A stretch of 64,000 nt of DNA. Origin: Methanomassiliicoccales archaeon (GTDB lineage Archaea; Thermoplasmatota; Thermoplasmata; Methanomassiliicoccales; UBA472). The stretch spans positions 2,372 to 66,371 of the forward strand of contig JAXGNA010000010.1 in NCBI GenBank assembly GCA_040768245.1, read 5' to 3'. The notes beneath the pieces are model-generated. The model was not told where the DNA came from, did not search any database, and saw only the letters and a program-made list of their open reading frames with translations. Shown piece by piece: positions 58,481 through 64,000 of the stretch. The number at the start of each line of letters is the position of its first letter. Position 1 is the first letter of the stretch. The position numbers were made by a program, and so were the translations under genes.

Positions 58481-58744
58481 ATGGCCGAGAACGAGTCCGT
58501 TTACATAATTCCGCTTATCAAGACCAAGACCGTGCCGACCACCGAGCGCTCCAACCGTGCCATAAAGGAGATCCGCGCCTACGTCGCCCGCCACATGAAG
58601 GCCGAGGAGGACAGCGTTTGGATCGACCCGAAGGTCAACGAGGCCATCTGGGCCCGCGGCATAACCGCCCCTCCGAGCAAGGTGCGGGTCAAGGCCGTCC
58701 GTTTCGAGGACGGACTGGTCGAGGTCTCCCTTCCCACCGAGTGA
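58481..58744 (+). CDS. rpl31e: 50S ribosomal protein L31e
   Basis: Y.IPL, RA.K.IR.Y..RHMK, VNE.IW.RG...PP.K.RV. Confidence 0.96.
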   Translation: MAENESVYIIPLIKTKTVPTTERSNRAIKEIRAYVARHMKAEEDSVWIDPKVNEAIWARGITAPPSKVRVKAVRFEDGLVEVSLPTE

Positions 58745-58754
58745 GCGCTAGGAC

Positions 58755-59414
58755 ATGTTGCGGGTCTCTAACTACAACGGCGTGGAGTTCATCGGCGTAT
58801 ATGCCGTAGCGAACGAAGCCATGGCGCTTCTGCCGAACGACTCCGATGACCGTTTCCAGGACGATATCTCCGCCGCCCTGGAAGTTAAGTGTCAGAAAGG
58901 GACCATAGCCAGTACGAACCTCATCGGCTCGCTGGTGGCCATGAACTCCTATGGTGCGGCCGTCAACAGCTTCGCCACGGATACGGAGATAAATGTTTTT
59001 TCCAAGCTCAGCGTGGCCAGGCTGGATGATCGGCTGAACGCCTGCGGCAACAACATACTGGTCAACGACAAGGGATGCCTGGTCAACCCGGATATGGACG
59101 ACCGGAGCCTGCACGCCCTCGAAGAGGTGTTCAACGTGGAGGTGGTCCGCGGCACCGTGGCCGGGCAGAACACCGTCGGTTCGGTGTGCAAGGTCACCAA
59201 CAAGGGGCTGATATGCCACCCCGCCTCGTCCGCTTCCGATCTGAAGATGCTCAGGGACCTCTTCAAGGTCGAGCCGAAGATAACCACCTTGAACTACGGT
59301 TCCCCGTACGTCGGCGCGAGCATCGTGGCCAACAGCAAGGGCGGCGTAGTTGGTTCAAGAAGCACCCCGATAGAACAGGGCCGGGTCGAAGAGGCCCTGG
59401 ACATAATCAGCTGA
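58755..59414 (+). CDS. eif6: Translation initiation factor 6 (aIF6)
   Basis: IGVYA.ANE, GNNILVND.G.LV.P, GT.AG...VGS, T.N.G.PYVG; follows rpl31e. Confidence 0.95.
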   Translation: MLRVSNYNGVEFIGVYAVANEAMALLPNDSDDRFQDDISAALEVKCQKGTIASTNLIGSLVAMNSYGAAVNSFATDTEINVFSKLSVARLDDRLNACGNNILVNDKGCLVNPDMDDRSLHALEEVFNVEVVRGTVAGQNTVGSVCKVTNKGLICHPASSASDLKMLRDLFKVEPKITTLNYGSPYVGASIVANSKGGVVGSRSTPIEQGRVEEALDIIS

Positions 59415-60050
59415 TCACTGCGAGAAGACCCAGTATTCCGTCTTTTCCGGCAGGTCCTCGGCCTCGAACTCCACTTCGTTGCCGACCCGGACGATCTTTT
59501 CCTCGGGCAGGCCCTTGAGGAAGCCATCAGCGTTCTGGATGGACATCGACAGACCGCCGACCCGGAAGTGCATGGGTATGGCCACTTTTGGCCCTATCTT
59601 TTTGACCAGGTCCTGGGCCTGGGCCCCGTCGATGGTGAAGACCCCGCCCACCGGCACGAAGAGCACGTCCACCTCCCCCAGTTCCTCGATCTGCGGTCCC
59701 GAGAGCATGTGCCCAAGGTCGCCCAGGTGGCAGAAGCGTACCCCATCCAGGGTCAAATGGAAGATGTTCATCTTGCCCCTTTTCTCGCCATTGACATCGT
59801 CATGGAAACCGGTTATGCCCCGGATGGCCACGCCCCTGACGTTCTTGGGCGTCACGTCCTTGACCACCACGTAATCGCCCTTGATCACCCTTACGGCGTT
59901 ATGGTCGAAGTGGTCATGGCTGATGGTGACCACGTCCGCCTTGAGCGAGGGCGGTTTCACTCCGATGGAGCGGCCATCGTGCGGGTCCATGACCACGGTC
60001 GCCTGATCATTGATCTCAAAGCATGAATGCATGTGCCAGACCAGCCTCAT
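59415..60050 (-). CDS. Metallo-beta-lactamase-fold hydrolase
   Basis: HSCF, SHDHFDH, HLGDLGH, PVGG.FTI, IPMH. Confidence 0.92.
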   Translation of the reverse strand: MRLVWHMHSCFEINDQATVVMDPHDGRSIGVKPPSLKADVVTISHDHFDHNAVRVIKGDYVVVKDVTPKNVRGVAIRGITGFHDDVNGEKRGKMNIFHLTLDGVRFCHLGDLGHMLSGPQIEELGEVDVLFVPVGGVFTIDGAQAQDLVKKIGPKVAIPMHFRVGGLSMSIQNADGFLKGLPEEKIVRVGNEVEFEAEDLPEKTEYWVFSQ

Positions 60051-60058
60051 GTTATCAT

Positions 60059-61246
60059 CTAGTCCTCGGATTCGAACTCGGCACCACAGGCGGGGCAGGC
60101 TTCCGAGCTCTCTCCCACCTTCTCATGGCACTTCGGGCATATGTAGACCTCGTTCTCTTTTCTCTTACGGATCGAAGGATAGACCGCCGCCGCCCCGAAG
60201 ATGATCATGAACGAGCTGACCGCCCCGCCTCCTATCCCGGTCGCGGTGTTTAGGGCGCCCAAAGATGTTAAGGTTAGAACTATCAGGTAGGCGATGGTTC
60301 CCACTGCCAGGACGGCCATCGATGCCATGCCCCATTTACCGGCATGCGTGGCGACGAGCATCGGTGCCAGCCTCTCCTTCGTCCTCTCGACCTTGATCAG
60401 CTTCAGCTTGATGGTCTCGTGCGAGTCGGTGGTGGACATCGCCACCACCCCTTCTCCGTCTCCTAGGTGCTGTTCGGAGACCATCTCTTCCTGGGCCGGC
60501 TGGACCACCTCCACGGTCACCTCCTTGGCCGGCACGGTCTCCCCGACGGTCACAACGGGTGAGGCGGGAACGTTGTTTTTCTCTGGTTCCAGGTCCAGGG
60601 ATGGTTCAGAGATTTGGGAAGGTGGGACGTCGGTGTTTTCAGGTTCCGAGATCGTCTCGGCCTCCTGAACCGGTTCGCTTTCGTCCACCCGAATGACTTC
60701 CTCAGATGCAGATGGGGGCGATGGTTCCTTCGGTATTTCCTGATGAACCGGGGAAGGCTCCTCAGCTGGAACGCTAACTTCTTTCGACGGCCCCTTTAAA
60801 ATATCGGCGATGGTGGTGCCTTGGATGGCTTCCTTGTTTGATTCAACTTCCTCTTCCACCAAGGGAACGGATCTGGCCTCCTTGATCCTGAGCTTGTCCT
60901 GCACCGGCTGGCGGTGCTTTTCGTCCTTAAGCTCGCGACCCTTTTCCTTGATCGGGGGCATATCCAGATCCCTCAGGGCCTTGCCGATGTTACCCGCCTC
61001 GCGTATCTCCACGTTCCGGACGACCGGGGCATCCTTGCGGATTATGGTGGACTCGATGCGCTTCGAGGTGCGGTCGTCCAGGGGTCGGCGCAGCTCCATC
61101 TTGTTCAACGACTCCAGGTCCCGGATGTGCTGCTGCCAATCGTCGGATGGTCCGAGGTTCTGCCCGCAGAAGTCGCACTGAGTGGCGCTGGGCTTGTTGC
61201 GCAGGCCACATTTTGGGCATTCCTTGAAACCGGACCTCTTCTCCAT
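60059..61246 (-). CDS. Membrane protein with N- and C-terminal zinc ribbons and a long acidic/Pro-rich linker
   Basis: CPKCG..CDFCG; E/P-rich low-complexity middle; two TM helices; CPKC..CPACG. Confidence 0.75.
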   Translation of the reverse strand: MEKRSGFKECPKCGLRNKPSATQCDFCGQNLGPSDDWQQHIRDLESLNKMELRRPLDDRTSKRIESTIIRKDAPVVRNVEIREAGNIGKALRDLDMPPIKEKGRELKDEKHRQPVQDKLRIKEARSVPLVEEEVESNKEAIQGTTIADILKGPSKEVSVPAEEPSPVHQEIPKEPSPPSASEEVIRVDESEPVQEAETISEPENTDVPPSQISEPSLDLEPEKNNVPASPVVTVGETVPAKEVTVEVVQPAQEEMVSEQHLGDGEGVVAMSTTDSHETIKLKLIKVERTKERLAPMLVATHAGKWGMASMAVLAVGTIAYLIVLTLTSLGALNTATGIGGGAVSSFMIIFGAAAVYPSIRKRKENEVYICPKCHEKVGESSEACPACGAEFESED

Positions 61247-61377
61247 CTCAGCGCCCTATACCAGAATCCCCAATTATACCTTTTTTCCCTCTAGCCCATT
61301 AAATATCGTCTCTACAGCTCGTTATTCAATAGTCATTACATTATTTTTATATAGAAGGATGCTGGATTGATAACGAG

Positions 61378-62532
61378 ATGAAGGTCCTCATCCTGAGCGT
61401 CGATCGCGACGACGATTTCGGCAAGAAGGCCGGGCTGAACAGCCCATTCATAGGTCGCGAGGAGAACGCCAACGCCGTTATGGCCTTGGGTTTGAAGGAC
61501 GCCGAGGACTCCGACGTCAACACGGTAATGGCCGCCCTGAGCATGTACGATGAGATGCTGAAGAAGGGCGAGGACGTTGAAATCGCCACGATTTGCGGGG
61601 ATGTCAAGGTAGGTTATGAATCGGACCTGGTCCTGACCACACAGCTGGAGAACGTCCTGGAGCTGGTGAAGCCGGACCGGGTGATCCTGGTCAGCGATGG
61701 GGCGGAGGACGAGTTCATCTATCCCATGGTCTTCTCCCGGGTCAAGGTGGATTCCGTCCGCAGGGTCTGGGTCAAGCAGGCGCCTACGGTGGAAGGGACG
61801 TATTACATCATCACCAAGATGATGGCCGATGACAAGATGAGGAAGCGCATATTCACCCCGCTGGGTCTGGTCCTCTCAGTGCTCGGGCTCTTCAACATCC
61901 TCCCGCAGCTCATCAAGCTCATGGCCCAGGAGGCGAGCATAGAGACGGTGGCCAGCATGGGCTGGGGGATGATCGCCCTGGTCCTGGGTCTATACATGAT
62001 ATTCTTCGCCTATCGTGTAGCGGAGCGAATAGAGCAGTCCATCAAGAACACCGGGACCGCCATAAGGAACGGCAGTCAGATGATACCGTTCGTCATCGTT
62101 TCCGCGCTTCTGTTCCTGGCAGGTATAATATTCTCAGTGGATACCGCCACCAACATGGAGGAGGCGGGTTACTTCGTACAATCCTTCGGTGTGCTCAGCA
62201 TCCTGCTCTGGATGTGGACGTTCTCCCTGTTCTCATACCAGATGGGCAAGATGGTGAACCATTACCTCACCTTCAACAAGCTCTACGTCACCAGCCTGGT
62301 GGTCAGTGTCAGCCTTTTCGCCATCGCCTTCATCCTGCAGGCGGCGTTCGACCTCATCGCCCTGGTGTTCGATTACCCTCATCCAGGTGAACAGTACATC
62401 GTGTTCATGGTGGTGATCGGTTTCCTGTTGGCCGGGTTCAGTGGCCTGATCAACATGAACATGAGGAGCTTCAACCGCATGGCCAAGGCCAAGGAAGTGG
62501 GGCCTGAGCCGCAGAACTATCCTGAGGCATAA
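61378..62532 (+). CDS. DUF373 family membrane protein
   Basis: L.VDRDDD.G.K, DSDVN, VSDGAEDE, V.VKQ. Confidence 0.9.
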   Translation: MKVLILSVDRDDDFGKKAGLNSPFIGREENANAVMALGLKDAEDSDVNTVMAALSMYDEMLKKGEDVEIATICGDVKVGYESDLVLTTQLENVLELVKPDRVILVSDGAEDEFIYPMVFSRVKVDSVRRVWVKQAPTVEGTYYIITKMMADDKMRKRIFTPLGLVLSVLGLFNILPQLIKLMAQEASIETVASMGWGMIALVLGLYMIFFAYRVAERIEQSIKNTGTAIRNGSQMIPFVIVSALLFLAGIIFSVDTATNMEEAGYFVQSFGVLSILLWMWTFSLFSYQMGKMVNHYLTFNKLYVTSLVVSVSLFAIAFILQAAFDLIALVFDYPHPGEQYIVFMVVIGFLLAGFSGLINMNMRSFNRMAKAKEVGPEPQNYPEA

Positions 62533-62533
62533 G

Positions 62534-63172
62534 ATGGAATGGTCGAAATGGAGGCCAATATACCTCCAGATACTGGAAGATCTCGATTTCGACATCAGGG
62601 CGGATGTGGAATCCGCAGAAAAACTTTCGAACCTAGTATTTTCTAAGCGAATTCCGAATTGTAGTACGATTGTCGAAAAGCTGGGTCAACATGTGTCGAT
62701 AGTAGGGGCCGCCGCATCGTTGGAGGACGAAGTTGGCACATTGTCGGAGAGGGATACAATTATTTCCGCCGGTTCGGCGACGGCTAGATTGATGAAGTTG
62801 GGTCTGGTCCCAGACATATTGGTCACCGATCTAGACGGTGATGTAAGTTCGGAGATAAGAGCTATGGAAAGCGGAGCTTTGGCCTTCATCCATGCCCACG
62901 GGGACAACATGGCCAGGATAGACCAGGTCGTGCCTGGATTGACCACGCCTTTCGTCCCCACCGTCCAATGCAAACCCTTCGGGAACGTCTACAACTTCGG
63001 AGGTTTCACTGACGGCGACCGGGCTTTTCTCATGGCATCGCATTTTGGTGTCAAGGACATAAAGATGATCGGTTGGGACCTGGACCGTCCATATCCCAAG
63101 GAGGGGTGCGATGGTTCGCTAAAGTTGAGAAAGCTAAAATGGGCTCGCGAGATAATCGATCTGCATCGATAG
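62534..63172 (+). CDS. mptE: 6-hydroxymethyl-7,8-dihydropterin pyrophosphokinase (DUF115)
   Basis: W...Y..I, VTDLDG, HAHGDN, NFGGFTDGDRA, K..KL.WA. Confidence 0.92.
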   Translation: MEWSKWRPIYLQILEDLDFDIRADVESAEKLSNLVFSKRIPNCSTIVEKLGQHVSIVGAAASLEDEVGTLSERDTIISAGSATARLMKLGLVPDILVTDLDGDVSSEIRAMESGALAFIHAHGDNMARIDQVVPGLTTPFVPTVQCKPFGNVYNFGGFTDGDRAFLMASHFGVKDIKMIGWDLDRPYPKEGCDGSLKLRKLKWAREIIDLHR

Positions 63173-63459
63173 ATAGAGATCATTGTCGAATCGATCGTTC
63201 ATTTCCCGTGCATTTTTCTTATGGAAAGTAAATTATCATTATGTTCATCAAAGAGTGACTTCATTTGTCACTATGACAAAAATATTGGAAAAATGTTGGA
63301 CGATTAAAGGTGTTTTTCTAGTGATAATAGGACCTATATTTCGTACTGCTGGATGGTAATTTCGTACGGGGATAATCGACAAAGGTATATATAGCAACAA
63401 ATTGTTTAAAGAAGTCAATCTCCCAACCATTTGTGGAGTGGGAGGAAGGAGGATTGAGA

Positions 63460-64000
63460 ATGGAAGGAAGTGCTGATACCTCTGCAGATGCTGGGAAAGG
63501 CAAGTCCAAGATGAAGATAATCGCTATCGTGGTTGTCGCCGTCTTGATCATCGCCGCACTTGGCGCTGCACTGTTAATGTCCGGAGGCGGGGACGACGAG
63601 GAGAAGATCCTGGTCGTTGCTACCATCTCTGGAAACCCCGAGAGCCTGGATCCCGCGGTGGACTACGAGACCGCCGGCGGCGAGATAATCCAGAATGTGT
63701 ATGAGACCTTGATGTTCTATGATGGTGCGAGCGCTGACGTATTAAAGCCGATGCTTTGCACTGCCGTACCTACCGTTGCTAACGGAGGAGTTTCCGAGGA
63801 CGGTCTGACCTATACTTACCACCTCCGCGAGGGTGTCAAGTTCCATGATGGGACCGACATGACCTCCGAGGATGTCGTGTACAGCTACGAGAGGTTCCTT
63901 AGGCTGAACGACCCCCACGGACCCGCTTGGATGGTCGGTGAGCTTCTTATCACCGACTACTACGACTATGACGCTGGAGCATTCGACTCTGACGGCGTTC
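63460..64000 (+). CDS. ABC transporter substrate-binding protein, family 5 (peptide/nickel), 3' truncated
   Basis: N-terminal TM anchor, PESLDPA..YET, NVYETL, SEDGLTYTY.LREGVKFHDG..MT.EDV.YS. Confidence 0.92.
   Translation, partial: MEGSADTSADAGKGKSKMKIIAIVVVAVLIIAALGAALLMSGGGDDEEKILVVATISGNPESLDPAVDYETAGGEIIQNVYETLMFYDGASADVLKPMLCTAVPTVANGGVSEDGLTYTYHLREGVKFHDGTDMTSEDVVYSYERFLRLNDPHGPAWMVGELLITDYYDYDAGAFDSDGV

Noticed and set aside
1-64000. CRISPR array, transposase, provirus, rRNA or replication origin
   Set aside because: No regularly spaced direct repeats, mobile-element or viral genes, rRNA-like sequence or cdc6/ORB cluster seen by eye.

Overview
Gene-dense, GC-rich archaeal chromosomal window. 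Gene order, GGTG-type ribosome-binding sites and protein families point to Thermoplasmata, most likely Methanomassiliicoccales-like; this is an inference, as no methanogenesis marker lies in the window. Most of it is housekeeping: rfcL, taw1, vorCBA with an acyl-CoA synthetase, dhs, tmk, hppA, rpo7-spt4-dpck-rps24e-rps27ae, tRNA-Arg(CCG), the aconitase X pair, ileS, rpe, rnz, mat, leuS, ubiX, rps19e-rpl39e-rpl31e-eIF6 and mptE. I see no CRISPR array, integrase or transposase. Best leads: (1) IleRS with a ~330-aa HhH/zinc-ribbon/DUF835-like tail, near a KaiC-type ATPase pair; (2) an uncharacterised kinase locus bracketed by two paralogous ~59-aa proteins that are missing or mis-called in the ORF track; (3) a 7-gene SPFH/zinc-ribbon/LemA/TPM membrane operon; (4) an aconitase X small subunit fused to a NUDIX hydrolase; (5) an HTH-CBS regulator divergent from SAM synthetase with a perfect 16-bp palindrome between them; (6) a candidate ~105-nt structured RNA with its own promoter and terminator at 46.2 kb. 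The 34.7-35.9 kb stretch (fen1, TRAM) has many indels and is probably a sequencing or consensus artefact. All family calls come from motif recognition by eye, not database searches.
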